64,000 nt of DNA from Candidatus Kapaibacterium sp. (GCA_026418625.1 JAOABA010000030.1:8764-72763), one strand, 5' to 3'; shown: positions 39,052 through 49,435, counted from the first letter of the stretch. Numbers and translations: made by a program. Notes: generated by a model not told the origin, from the sequence alone.

Positions 39052-40137
39052 TTAATCATCGTAATCAATAATAACATCGTCTGTTATTGGGTGAGCTTGA
39101 CAAGTTAATATATATCCCTGCTCTATTTCGTCATCTGTCAGTGCATCTCTTTCGTCCATTATAACTTTACCGGATATCAATTTTGCTCTACAGGAAGCGC
39201 AAGCTCCAATTTGACAGCTAAAGGGAGGATCAAGGCTTTCCCTTAATGCTGCTGTAAGTATTGTTTCATCAGGATTTACGAATAAATCAAATGTTTCGCT
39301 ATAAATTTTTACTTTTATCTTTCTTTTTATTATTTTCTTTGAATCAGTTTCCACTATTTTTTTACTTTTATCATCAAAACCATTGACGTTTAGCTTTGTA
39401 AAAGATTCTTTATGTATATTTTCTTTTCCAACGTTGTGATAATCAAGACATTCCAAAATTTCTGCCATCATACCCTGATGACCACACAAAAAATAGTGTG
39501 TGTCAACTGAATTTGGCTTTGAAACATAATCTTTTAATAACGATAAAGCTCTATTTTTATCAATTCGACCTCTTAAACCAAACCAGCTTTCGGAAGCCTT
39601 GCTTAAAATATGAACAATTTTGAATCTATCATAATATTTTTTTTCTAAGTATTCAAGTTGTTGCTTGAAAATTATTGAATTTTCGTCACGATTTGAATAA
39701 AAAAGTATAATATTAGATTTTGGTTCAATAGCTAAAGCGGATTTTATGAGAGACATAACGGGTGTAATTCCACTACCACCAGCAAAAAAAACATAGTTAT
39801 TTTGATTTTCTGGTTTAAAATCAAAAGTAAACTTTCCTGCAGGTGGATGAACTTCTATTAAATCATTAATATTCAGATGATTTAGTAAATAATTTGAAAC
39901 AACGCCATTATCAATAGCTTTGATGGTTACTGTCAAATCTTCCTCAAAGTTTGGGGAGCTGGATATGGAATATGCTCTTTTATGGGTCTTTCCATTAATT
40001 TCTGGTTTTAAAGTTATAAACTGACCGGGTTTATAATTATAAATAGATTTCAGTTCTTCTGGTATATCAAAGCTGACAGATATAGCTCTATCAGTTTCCT
40101 TTATTATATTTTTTATTTTTAAAATATGAGATGACAT
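39052..40137 (-). CDS. Ferredoxin-NAD(P)+ reductase with C-terminal [2Fe-2S] domain (PaaE-like)
   Basis: PGQF, RAYSISS, G.VS, AGGSGITP, FLCG, SCQIGACASC..LTCQ. Confidence 0.9.
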   Translation of the reverse strand: MSSHILKIKNIIKETDRAISVSFDIPEELKSIYNYKPGQFITLKPEINGKTHKRAYSISSSPNFEEDLTVTIKAIDNGVVSNYLLNHLNINDLIEVHPPAGKFTFDFKPENQNNYVFFAGGSGITPVMSLIKSALAIEPKSNIILFYSNRDENSIIFKQQLEYLEKKYYDRFKIVHILSKASESWFGLRGRIDKNRALSLLKDYVSKPNSVDTHYFLCGHQGMMAEILECLDYHNVGKENIHKESFTKLNVNGFDDKSKKIVETDSKKIIKRKIKVKIYSETFDLFVNPDETILTAALRESLDPPFSCQIGACASCRAKLISGKVIMDERDALTDDEIEQGYILTCQAHPITDDVIIDYDD

Positions 40138-40162
40138 TCTCGAGATGGACTCCAATCATTGA

Positions 40163-40492
40163 TTAATACAAACCTAATTCAAAACGAGCTAAATCACTTA
40201 GTCGGCTTTTGTCCCAAGGAGGGTCGAATGTTAATAGGACTTTGGCATTCTTAACTTCTGGTATCATTTTTATATTTTCTTCCACTTCGGCTGGAAGTCC
40301 CTCAGCTTCGGGACAATTTGGTGCCGTTAGTGTCATTAAAACAACAACTTCATTGTTTTCAGTAATTTGTATATCGTAAATTAAACCAAGTTCCCAAATA
40401 TTTACCGGAATTTCAGGGTCATAAATGGTTTTAATTACATTGATTACCTGTTCTTTTAATAATTCTAAATTATTTTTATTATTCTCAGACAT
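40163..40492 (-). CDS. sufT: SufT/DUF59 Fe-S assembly protein
   Basis: IYDPEIPVNIWELGLIY, MTLTAPNCP, FDPPW. Confidence 0.9.
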   Translation of the reverse strand: MSENNKNNLELLKEQVINVIKTIYDPEIPVNIWELGLIYDIQITENNEVVVLMTLTAPNCPEAEGLPAEVEENIKMIPEVKNAKVLLTFDPPWDKSRLSDLARFELGLY

Positions 40493-40493
40493 T

Positions 40494-40958
40494 TTAATTT
40501 TCCGTTGATACTAATTCTGTTTGACTATTTTCATTAATTGCTTGAGCAAGTGTGTGCCAAGGCAAGGACGCACATTTGATTCTTGCAGGAAATTCTCTAA
40601 CACCGCAAAAAACTTCGAGCTTACCTAATTCAGATGTATCAATTTCTGCTTCTGGATCGCTTGTAACGAGGTTGTGGAATTCATCAAATAGTTTTTTTGC
40701 CTCATCTATGGTTTTACCCTTTATTAAGGAAGTCATAATTGAAGCAGATGCTTTAGAAATTGCACATCCGGAGCCATTAAATTTAACATCTTTAATAATT
40801 CCATCTTCGATAATTAAATATAAATCCAGTTGATCTCCACAAAGTGGATTATGACCTTTTGCGTGGCTGTTTGCATTGTTCAACACGCCAAAATTCCTTG
40901 GATTTTTATTGTGATCAAGAATTACTTGTTTATACAGTTCGTCTAATTCGCTAATCAT
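40494..40958 (-). CDS. sufU: SufU/NifU-like protein
   Basis: LY..VILDH..NPRN, NPLCGD, GCAISKASAS, RIKCA.LPW. Confidence 0.93.
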   Translation of the reverse strand: MISELDELYKQVILDHNKNPRNFGVLNNANSHAKGHNPLCGDQLDLYLIIEDGIIKDVKFNGSGCAISKASASIMTSLIKGKTIDEAKKLFDEFHNLVTSDPEAEIDTSELGKLEVFCGVREFPARIKCASLPWHTLAQAINENSQTELVSTEN

Positions 40959-40961
40959 AAC

Positions 40962-42215
40962 TTAATTAAAAAGATTAATAACTTTTTTCAAAGACTTTGC
41001 TAAAACGTCAATTTCTTCAAAAGTATTGTAAAAAGAAAATGATGCCCTTGATGTTGCTGGTATATTAAACCTTCTCATAACTGGTTCGGTGCAATGATGT
41101 CCAGTTCTAATAGCTATTCCTTCTCTGTCAAGTATAGTTCCAACATCGTGAGGATGGGCATTATCTATAATGAATGAAATAACACTTGCTTTATTAGCCG
41201 CATTTCCGATAATTTTTAGCTCTGGCATATCGGATAAAAGGCTTGATCCATAATCTAAAAGCTCTTTTTCGTATTTTTCAATAACTTCGATCCCGATATT
41301 ATTCACATATCTTATGGCAACACCCAAGCCAATTACTCCTGCTATATTTGGTGTTCCTGCTTCAAATTTGTAAGGTAATTCATTATAAATAGTTTTCTCG
41401 AAACTTACAGACATAATCATATCTCCACCACCTTGATAGGGTGGCATTTCTATTAAGTGTTTTTTCTTTCCGTAAAGAATACCGATTCCTGTTGGTCCAT
41501 AAATTTTATGACCGCTAAAAGCCAGAAAATCGCAATCAAGATCTTGAACATCAATTTTTAGATGCTGAATTGATTGAGCAGCATCAACTAAAACAGGAAT
41601 ATCTAATCTGTGGGCTTTATCTATTATATATTTTATTGGATTGATTGTTCCTAAAGAGTTTGAAACGTGAACAATCGAAACAAACTTTGTTTTTTCATTT
41701 AATAATTTATCGAATTCCTCAATTATTATTTCTCCGTTGTCATTCATTGGGATGACTTTTAGTTTTGCACCAGTGCGTTGGCAAATGATTTGCCAAGGAA
41801 CAATGTTTGAGTGATGTTCCATTGCTGAAATTAAAATTTCATCACCTTCTTTAAAATTTGAATATCCGTAAGAACTTGCAACAAGATTAATTGATTCAGT
41901 TGTCCCTCTTGTGTAAATAATTTCTTCTAAATGTTTAGCATTTATAAAGTTTTGTATTATTTTTCTTGCGCATTCGTATTCTTTAGTGGCAGCTTCGCTA
42001 AGATAATGAACTCCACGATGGATGTTTGAATTTAAGTTTGAATAATAATTTTGAATTGTTTCAATAACCTGCTTGGGTTTCTGTGTTGTTGCGGCATTGT
42101 CGAAATAAACAAGCTTTTTTCCGTGAACAAGTCGGCTCAAAATTGGAAAATCTTTTCGAATTTTTTCAACATCAAATATTTTTTTCTCAGTTATATCAAT
42201 AAAAAGATTTTCCAA
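40962..42215 (-). CDS. sufS: Cysteine desulfurase SufS
   Basis: YFDNAATTQKP, EHHSN, SGHKIYGP, RTGHHC. Confidence 0.95.
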   Translation of the reverse strand: MENLFIDITEKKIFDVEKIRKDFPILSRLVHGKKLVYFDNAATTQKPKQVIETIQNYYSNLNSNIHRGVHYLSEAATKEYECARKIIQNFINAKHLEEIIYTRGTTESINLVASSYGYSNFKEGDEILISAMEHHSNIVPWQIICQRTGAKLKVIPMNDNGEIIIEEFDKLLNEKTKFVSIVHVSNSLGTINPIKYIIDKAHRLDIPVLVDAAQSIQHLKIDVQDLDCDFLAFSGHKIYGPTGIGILYGKKKHLIEMPPYQGGGDMIMSVSFEKTIYNELPYKFEAGTPNIAGVIGLGVAIRYVNNIGIEVIEKYEKELLDYGSSLLSDMPELKIIGNAANKASVISFIIDNAHPHDVGTILDREGIAIRTGHHCTEPVMRRFNIPATSRASFSFYNTFEEIDVLAKSLKKVINLFN

Positions 42216-42224
42216 AGCATCACC

Positions 42225-43577
42225 TTAAATTTTATTTGATTCTAATATAGAACAGAAATATAACTCGTTCATAGATAATTTTTTGGCTATTTCAGACTTG
42301 ATTAAATCACGCAGAGCGTCAATTTTGACTGTTTCAATTATATCTGAAGAAAAAGAGTTCAACAGATAAGATTGTGCTATTTTTTCATCTATTCCTCTTG
42401 CTCTAAAGTAAAATATTGCATCTCTATCCAGATAACCTGATGTGGCTCCGTGAGAACATTTTACATCATCAGCAAAAATTTCAAGCTGTGGTTTGGTATT
42501 TATTGTAGCATCTTCGCTTAATAATATGTTTTTATTAGATTGATAAGCATTAGTTTTCTGAGCAAAGGGTCTAACCATTATTTTACCATTAAATACTGCA
42601 GTAGCTTTACCATCAATTATTCCTTTATAATTTTCATTACTATTGCAATGTGGTTTGGCGTGGTCAACCAAGGTATGGTTATCAACAAAATCTTCATTTC
42701 CAATAAAATACAAACCGTTAAAATGTGCTTCTGAATTTTCTCCGTCAAGAATTGAATTCAGGTTGTTTCGAATAAATTTTCCGGCAAGTGAAATTGTTGT
42801 TGAGAATAATCTTGAATCTTTTTCCTGATGGATTTGAGTAGAACCTATATAATATGCACTATGACTGTCATTTTGAAATTTATAATACTCAACTTCAGAA
42901 TTTTGTTTGAGATATAGCTCTGAAACTGTATTATGAAATGATGCCAAGTCTCCCCAAGAATAACTTGTTTCGATAAACTGTGCTTTTGAATTCGAATCTA
43001 CGATTATCAAATTTCTGCTGTTTGTAATCAAATTAGATTGTAATGGAATGTTAATAAATAAAAGATGAATTGGTAATTCCTTCTCGAAATTTTTAGGTAG
43101 AATAATCACAGCTCCATCATTTGCCAGAGCTGTATTTAATGCAGTGAAGGGATTATTGCTTTCATCTGTGTATTTAGTTAAATAATTTTCTAAAATGTTA
43201 GAATACTTTTCTTTAGCTTCATTCAAGTTTGTTACAACCAAATTTTCTTCGGTATTAATTATTCTTGAATATTTTTTTTCAAAGAATCCATTAATGAATA
43301 CTAAAACATCTCCCTCAAAATTTTCAATGTAATAATCAGAAATCTTGAAATTTTCTGGAAAAGAATGAGGTGCAGAATTACTAATTTCAAAATCTATATT
43401 ATTTAAAAAATTAAGCTTAGTGTATTTCCATTCTTCATTTTTTAAAGTTGGAATACCTAATTCATGGAAAATCTTAATTGATTTTTCTCTAAGTGAAAAT
43501 AAATATGAGTTTTTTTCACCGTTGAGTGATTGAGTATATTTTTCAAAATAATCTGTTATTTTTTCTTTAATTGCCAT
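42225..43577 (-). CDS. sufD: Fe-S assembly protein SufD
   Basis: EEWKYT, VFNGKI.V...AQKT, KPQLEIFADDVKCSHGAT. Confidence 0.94.
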   Translation of the reverse strand: MAIKEKITDYFEKYTQSLNGEKNSYLFSLREKSIKIFHELGIPTLKNEEWKYTKLNFLNNIDFEISNSAPHSFPENFKISDYYIENFEGDVLVFINGFFEKKYSRIINTEENLVVTNLNEAKEKYSNILENYLTKYTDESNNPFTALNTALANDGAVIILPKNFEKELPIHLLFINIPLQSNLITNSRNLIIVDSNSKAQFIETSYSWGDLASFHNTVSELYLKQNSEVEYYKFQNDSHSAYYIGSTQIHQEKDSRLFSTTISLAGKFIRNNLNSILDGENSEAHFNGLYFIGNEDFVDNHTLVDHAKPHCNSNENYKGIIDGKATAVFNGKIMVRPFAQKTNAYQSNKNILLSEDATINTKPQLEIFADDVKCSHGATSGYLDRDAIFYFRARGIDEKIAQSYLLNSFSSDIIETVKIDALRDLIKSEIAKKLSMNELYFCSILESNKI

Positions 43578-43590
43578 AGTAATTAATATA

Positions 43591-44358
43591 TTAAACTAAA
43601 ACACCGTTGTATTGTTTTTTAATCCAGTCGTAACCCTTTTCTTCGAGTTCAAGAGCTAATTCTTTGCCACCGGAGACAACCAATTTACCGTCAAAAAGGA
43701 CGTGAACAAAATCTGGAATGATATAATTCAAAAGTCTTTGATAATGAGTGATAACAACAAAAGCATTATTTTCATTTCTAACCTTATTAACGCCGTTAGC
43801 TACAATTTTCAAAGCATCAATATCAAGTCCGGAGTCGGTCTCATCAAGAATAGCTAATTTAGGCTCAAGCATTGCGAGTTGAAATATTTCATTTCTTTTT
43901 TTCTCACCACCTGAAAAACCATCATTAACAGAACGGTTCAAAAAAGCCTGATCCATCTCGACAAGTTTTGCTTTTTCTCTCATTATCCTCAAGAAATCCA
44001 TTGCATCCAGAGGTTCTAAATTTCTATATTTTCTTATCTCGTTAACTGCGGTTTTCATAAAACTTGCATTGCTAACACCCGGTATTTCGATAGGATATTG
44101 AAAAGCAAGAAAAAGTCCCTCACGGGCTCTATCCTCTGGAGACATTTCGAAAATGTTCTTTCCGTCAAATTCGATAGTTCCTTCGACGACTTCGTAATCC
44201 TCTTTTCCGGCAAGAACCCCAGCAAGAGTGCTTTTACCAGAGCCGTTAGGACCCATAATAGCGTGAATTTCTCCGGGATTGACCTCGAGGCTAAGTCCTT
44301 TCAATATTTCTTTGCCGTTAATATTTACTTTTAGATTATCAATTTTCAATAATGACAT
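43591..44358 (-). CDS. sufC: Fe-S assembly ATPase SufC
   Basis: MGPNGSGKST, FQYP.EIPGV, GFSGGEKKRNE, LDETDSGLDIDAL. Confidence 0.96.
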   Translation of the reverse strand: MSLLKIDNLKVNINGKEILKGLSLEVNPGEIHAIMGPNGSGKSTLAGVLAGKEDYEVVEGTIEFDGKNIFEMSPEDRAREGLFLAFQYPIEIPGVSNASFMKTAVNEIRKYRNLEPLDAMDFLRIMREKAKLVEMDQAFLNRSVNDGFSGGEKKRNEIFQLAMLEPKLAILDETDSGLDIDALKIVANGVNKVRNENNAFVVITHYQRLLNYIIPDFVHVLFDGKLVVSGGKELALELEEKGYDWIKKQYNGVLV

Positions 44359-44386
44359 AAAACCTTCTCAATAAAAATTTACAAAA

Positions 44387-45838
44387 TTAACCAACACTGC
44401 CTTCAAGACTGACAGCTAATAATCTTTGAGCTTCAACTGCGAATTCCATTGGAAGTTGATTTAGAACTTCACGGCTGAAGCCATTAACAATTAATCCAAT
44501 AGCATCTTCGGTCGAGATGCCTCTTTGATTGCAATAAAATAATATATCCTCTGAAATTTTTGAAGTTGTTGCTTCGTGTTCAACGGTAGCTGTTTTATTT
44601 TTTACTTCAATATAAGGAAATGTATGAGCTCCACACTTGTCTCCAAGCAAAAGTGAATCACATTGGGAATAATTTCTTGCATTTTCAGCTTTTTTACCGA
44701 TACTGACTAGACCTCTATAACTGTTTTGACTTTTACCTGCAGATATACCTTTTGAGACTATTCTACTTTTAGTATTTTTACCGAGATGAATCATTTTTGT
44801 TCCGGTATCAGCCTGCTGATAATTGTTCGTGAGTGCTACTGAATAAAACTCACCAATTGAATTATCACCTTTAAGGATGCAACTTGGATATTTCCAAGTT
44901 ATTGCAGAGCCTGTTTCGACCTGAGTCCAAGAAATTTTTGAATTGTTACCTTCGCAAATTCCTCTTTTTGTAACAAAATTGTAAATACCGCCTTTTCCTT
45001 CTTTATCACCCGGATACCAATTCTGAACAGTTGAGTATTTTATTTCAGCATCTTTATGAGCAATAAGTTCGACAACTGCTGCGTGAAGCTGATTTTCATC
45101 TCTAATTGGGGCAGTGCAACCTTCGAGGTAGCTCACATAACTGCCTTCATCTGCGATAATCAGGGTTCTTTCGAATTGTCCTGTTTCTGAGGCATTGATC
45201 CTGAAATAAGTAGAAAGTTCAAGAGGACATCTGACTCCTTTTGGAATATAACAAAATGAGCCGTCGCTAAAAACAGCCGAATTTAAAGCAGCAAAATAGT
45301 TATCAGTATAAGGAACAACTGAACCAATATATTTCTGGACAAGATCAGGATGTTCCCTGATAGCTTCACTCATTGAGCAGAAAATTATACCAAGTTCGCT
45401 AAGCTTTTCTTTGAAAGTAGTTGCAACCGATACACTATCCATAACGGCGTCAACAGCAATTCCGGCAAGCCTTTGTTGTTCTGTTAGAGGAATGCCGAGT
45501 TTTTCAAAGGTTCTACGAATTTCAGGATCAATTTCATCTAATGATTTTGGCTTGTTTGCTGCTTGTTTTGGAGCAGCATAATAATAAGCATCCTGATAGT
45601 CAATAGGAGGGAACTTGACATTTGCCCATTTGGGTTCTTTCATTTGTTGCCAGAATCTAAAAGCTTTTAATCGCCATTCGAGCATAAATTCTGGCTCGTG
45701 TTTCTTAGCAGAGATGAATCTAATTATGTCTTCATTAAGCCCTTTGGGAGCAAGTTCCTGTTCAATATCTGTTACAAAGCCGTATTTATAATCGCTTTGA
45801 GTAATTTCTTCAACAATATTTATTGGTTCTTTTTGCAT
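44387..45838 (-). CDS. sufB: Fe-S assembly protein SufB
   Basis: [41 protein letters not shown]. Confidence 0.97.
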   Translation of the reverse strand: MQKEPINIVEEITQSDYKYGFVTDIEQELAPKGLNEDIIRFISAKKHEPEFMLEWRLKAFRFWQQMKEPKWANVKFPPIDYQDAYYYAAPKQAANKPKSLDEIDPEIRRTFEKLGIPLTEQQRLAGIAVDAVMDSVSVATTFKEKLSELGIIFCSMSEAIREHPDLVQKYIGSVVPYTDNYFAALNSAVFSDGSFCYIPKGVRCPLELSTYFRINASETGQFERTLIIADEGSYVSYLEGCTAPIRDENQLHAAVVELIAHKDAEIKYSTVQNWYPGDKEGKGGIYNFVTKRGICEGNNSKISWTQVETGSAITWKYPSCILKGDNSIGEFYSVALTNNYQQADTGTKMIHLGKNTKSRIVSKGISAGKSQNSYRGLVSIGKKAENARNYSQCDSLLLGDKCGAHTFPYIEVKNKTATVEHEATTSKISEDILFYCNQRGISTEDAIGLIVNGFSREVLNQLPMEFAVEAQRLLAVSLEGSVG

Positions 45839-45847
45839 AAGTAATAC

Positions 45848-46252
45848 TCAAACTTCTGAAAATTCTGCAATAGTTGTGTTATTTAATAGATAATTTATTT
45901 TTTCTTGCAATTTATTCATTGGATTTTTAATTGTGCAAACGTTAATTCTATCACAATTTTCTTCATCTTCAGCTAAACAATCAACAATAATAGCATTTTC
46001 TTCGAGGGCTTTAATAATTTCCGCAACAGTTGTTGATTTTGGATCCCTTGCAAGAATATAGCCACCTTTAATACCCTGTTGTGAGACTATGATACCGTTT
46101 TTATTCAGAATTTGCAAAGTCTTTGACAAAAAATCATACGGTATATTCAGTTGCTCTGAAATTTCTTTTGCAGAAATTACATTGCCTGAATTATTTGCCA
46201 TATATTGCAAAGCCTGAATACCGTATTCAATTTTTTTTGATAATTTTAACAT
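45848..46252 (-). CDS. Rrf2-family regulator (IscR/SufR-like, three C-terminal Cys)
   Basis: wHTH with G.KGGY.LA; C-x7-C-x5-C; heads suf operon. Confidence 0.9.
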   Translation of the reverse strand: MLKLSKKIEYGIQALQYMANNSGNVISAKEISEQLNIPYDFLSKTLQILNKNGIIVSQQGIKGGYILARDPKSTTVAEIIKALEENAIIVDCLAEDEENCDRINVCTIKNPMNKLQEKINYLLNNTTIAEFSEV

Positions 46253-46293
46253 TTGCTATAATAAAAAATTTACACTGCTTTTAACGTATAAAA

Positions 46294-46317
46294 AATCGGA
46301 CTATTGTTATCCGAATT
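46294..46317. promoter_or_regulatory. Candidate Rrf2 operator upstream of rrf2-suf
   Basis: aaTCGGActattgttaTCCGAatt inverted repeat ~45 bp before the Rrf2 start. Confidence 0.5.
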
Positions 46318-46333
46318 AATTTATTAAAACTTT

Positions 46334-47203
46334 ATGAAGGTTACAGGTTTTACAATTGTCAGAAATGCTTTAAAATTCGATTATCCGATAGTTGAATCTA
46401 TCAAATCAATTTTACCAATTTGTGATGAATTTGTTGTTTTGGTTGGAAAATCTGATGATGAAACATTATCTTTGATTCAATCAATAAATGATAAAAAAGT
46501 TAAAATTTATGAATCAATTTGGGATGATAATCTGAGAAAAGGGGGTATTGTTCTTTCGGTTGAAACAAATAAAGCCAAAGAGCTTATTAGCGAAAACACT
46601 GATTGGTGCTTTTATATTCAGGCTGATGAAGTTGTTCACGAGAAATATCTTGATATCATCTTTGAAGAAATGAAAAAATATTCAAGCATCCCTCAAGTTG
46701 AAGGTTTATTATTCAAATACGAACATTTCTATGGTTCATATAAATATATTGCTGATTCAAGAAAATGGTATAGAAGGGAAATCAGAATAATCAGAAATGA
46801 TAAAGATATTCAAAGTTGGGGAGACGCTCAGGGATTCAGAAAAAACGGACAAAAATTAAAAGTTAAGTTGATAGATGCTTATATTTATCATTATGGTTGG
46901 GTCAAAAATCCTTATCATCAGATGGAAAAAAATAAAAGTTTTCAAAAATTATGGCACAGTGATGAAAAAGTAAGTGAAATTATTGGTTCTAATGATCTTT
47001 ATGATTATTCAAAAATTGATTCCTTAAAATTATTTACGGGGACACATCCCGCTGTTATGAGCGAAAGAATAAAAAATGCCAACTGGAATTTTGATTTTGA
47101 TATAGCAAAAAAGAATATGCCTCTCCTGAATAAAATACTCTATAAATTCGAAAAGCTAACTGGTTTAAGACCATTTGAATATAAAAATTATAAAATTATT
47201 TAA
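46334..47203 (+). CDS. GT2-like glycosyltransferase
   Basis: GFTIVRN, S.D.T, WCFYIQADEV, IYHYGWV. Confidence 0.85.
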   Translation: MKVTGFTIVRNALKFDYPIVESIKSILPICDEFVVLVGKSDDETLSLIQSINDKKVKIYESIWDDNLRKGGIVLSVETNKAKELISENTDWCFYIQADEVVHEKYLDIIFEEMKKYSSIPQVEGLLFKYEHFYGSYKYIADSRKWYRREIRIIRNDKDIQSWGDAQGFRKNGQKLKVKLIDAYIYHYGWVKNPYHQMEKNKSFQKLWHSDEKVSEIIGSNDLYDYSKIDSLKLFTGTHPAVMSERIKNANWNFDFDIAKKNMPLLNKILYKFEKLTGLRPFEYKNYKII

Positions 47204-47371
47204 TTCAGCAAAATTATTTATTTATAACTAAAAAAAATTATTATAATATTTCCTAAATTATTTATTTTCATATATTTATGAAAAAATAAATTTGGAAATT
47301 ATTTTTATGCTTTATAATTTTGGTTGTTAATTAATCTATATTTTTAATTATTAAATATTTTAAGAGTAAAT

Positions 47372-47812
47372 ATGGACCAAATCATTAACGAAGATACTCC
47401 TTTATATTCGATTAGCTCTGCTGCTCGAATGCTTGGGATATCAGTTCATACTCTCAGGATGTATGAAAAAGAAGGTTTATTCTTACCTCACAAAACAGAA
47501 TCTGGACATAGATTATTTTCCAACAGAGACATCGAGAGATTAAAGTGCATTAGGAACGCTATTAATGAAATGAAATTTTCGATAGCTGCTATTAGGAACA
47601 TATATTCTCTCATTCCTTGCTGGGATATAATCAAATGCTCAGAAACTGAGAGAAATAATTGTATGGCGTATAATAATTATGGAAAGCCTTGTTGGTCTTA
47701 TGATCACAAAGATAATATCTGCAAGAATCTGACCTGTAAGAAATGTGCGGTTTATGTTGAATACTCAGATTGTCATAAAATTCGAGATAGTATTAAGAAT
47801 ATCAGAAAATAA
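47372..47812 (+). CDS. MerR-family regulator with Cys-rich (two CW motif) C-terminal domain
   Basis: YSISSAARMLGISVHTLRMYEKEGL..P..T.SGHRLFS; then PCW..C..C / PCW..C..C..C. Confidence 0.88.
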   Translation: MDQIINEDTPLYSISSAARMLGISVHTLRMYEKEGLFLPHKTESGHRLFSNRDIERLKCIRNAINEMKFSIAAIRNIYSLIPCWDIIKCSETERNNCMAYNNYGKPCWSYDHKDNICKNLTCKKCAVYVEYSDCHKIRDSIKNIRK

Positions 47813-47854
47813 AAACTGTAACCATTATGTTGAATTTTTCTTTAATAAAATAAA

Positions 47855-49435
47855 ATGAAAAAGATATTCATAACTTTAGGATTGTTAATAATTATACTCG
47901 GGATTGTTTTAGTTACCTTAGGGAATAGAACATACGACGATTCTAAACTCGAAAAGTTAAAATACAAAAAATCAGATAAAGCAAAGACATCAGTTGATCA
48001 CTCAAAATTTCCAATATTACAGAAAAAATTTAATTCCCCATCTGAAGTTACTTTAGCCTGTCTTTCTTGTCATAATGGAAGAGCGCAGGAAGTTATGCGT
48101 TCGAATCATTGGAATTGGGAAGAACCTGTTTACATCAAAGGAAGGGGAATAGTATATTTAGGGAAGAAGAATGCAATAAATAATTTCTGTCTTGGAACTG
48201 AAGGTAGTGAATTAGCTTGTGCGAAGTGCCATGTTGGGCTTGGTATGGAATCATCGGAAACATTCGATTTCAGAGACTCATCAAAAATTGATTGTATGGT
48301 TTGCCACGACAATTCAGAAACTTATGCCAAAGGTAAAGAAATGGGTGGCGCACCTGACCCAAATCTTGATTTAAATGAAATAGCACAACACATTGGGAAG
48401 CCAAAACGGACTAACTGTGGTGTTTGTCACTTCTTTGGTGGAGGTGGTAATAACGTAAAGCACGGTGACCTTGAAAAAGCAATGTTTGAACCTAACAGAA
48501 ATATTGATGTTCATATGGCTGTCGAAGGTATGAATATGTCTTGTGTTGATTGCCATGAAACAAAAAATCATAATATTGGCGGAAGGCTTTACTCACTTGC
48601 TTCTGATAACTTGAACAGAATCTATTGCGAAAATTGTCACGAAAATACCCCACATAATGAGGATATATTAAATAAACATACATTGACAGTTGCTTGTCAA
48701 ACCTGCCATATTCCTGTCTATGCAAAGGTAAATGCAACTAAAACTTATTGGGATTGGTCAACTGCTGCAAAGTTAAAAGATGGTAAGCCCTATGAAGAAT
48801 TTGATGAAGAAGGAAATCACACTTATCTCTCTACAAAAGGCTCTTTTAAATGGGGTAAAAATCTAAAGCCAGATTATGTCTGGTTTAACGGAACGGCGAA
48901 TCACTACTTGCTTGGTGATAAGATACAGGATACTACAAAACCTTTAGTCCTCAATCAACTTTATGGTTCCTACTCAGATAGACGTTCTAAAATTGTTCCA
49001 GTTAAGTCGATGTATTCAAACCAGTATTTCGATCCTTATTACAAAAATATCTTAATTCCTAAACTTTATTCAAAAGAAAAAGGAGTTGGGGCTCTTTGGC
49101 AAGATTTTGATGTTAACAAAGCTATCGAAGTAGGTATGTATGAAAAAGGTTTACCATACAGTGGAAAATACTCCTATATTGAAACAAAGATGTATTGGAA
49201 TGTTAATCATATGGTTTCACCAAAAGAGCAATCTGTAAAATGCATTGAATGTCATACAAGAAATGATAGCAGACTTAAAGATTTGAAAGATTTTTATATG
49301 CCCGGAAGAGATTACAACAAATTTGTTGAATCAGCCGGAATAGGAGTTATTTTCTTATCATTCGTTCTGGTTTTAATTCACGGTGGAACAAGAATTATTT
49401 CTTCGAGAAAATCAAAAAATAAGGAGATTAAATAA
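47855..49435 (+). CDS. Octaheme c-type cytochrome, tetrathionate reductase (OTR) family
   Basis: Eight CxxCH motifs (CLSCH, CAKCH, CMVCH, CGVCH, CVDCH, CENCH, CQTCH, CIECH); GK.NAINNFC, GGGGNNVKHGDL, WDWSTA; N-terminal signal and C-terminal TM. Confidence 0.9.
   Translation: MKKIFITLGLLIIILGIVLVTLGNRTYDDSKLEKLKYKKSDKAKTSVDHSKFPILQKKFNSPSEVTLACLSCHNGRAQEVMRSNHWNWEEPVYIKGRGIVYLGKKNAINNFCLGTEGSELACAKCHVGLGMESSETFDFRDSSKIDCMVCHDNSETYAKGKEMGGAPDPNLDLNEIAQHIGKPKRTNCGVCHFFGGGGNNVKHGDLEKAMFEPNRNIDVHMAVEGMNMSCVDCHETKNHNIGGRLYSLASDNLNRIYCENCHENTPHNEDILNKHTLTVACQTCHIPVYAKVNATKTYWDWSTAAKLKDGKPYEEFDEEGNHTYLSTKGSFKWGKNLKPDYVWFNGTANHYLLGDKIQDTTKPLVLNQLYGSYSDRRSKIVPVKSMYSNQYFDPYYKNILIPKLYSKEKGVGALWQDFDVNKAIEVGMYEKGLPYSGKYSYIETKMYWNVNHMVSPKEQSVKCIECHTRNDSRLKDLKDFYMPGRDYNKFVESAGIGVIFLSFVLVLIHGGTRIISSRKSKNKEIK

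Noticed and set aside
44387-45838. Intein in SufB
   Set aside because: Normal length (483 aa) with no insertion
47372-47812. MerR gene as CarH/LitR light regulator of the crt cluster
   Set aside because: No cobalamin-binding domain, and it adjoins the OTR operon, 6 kb from crtI
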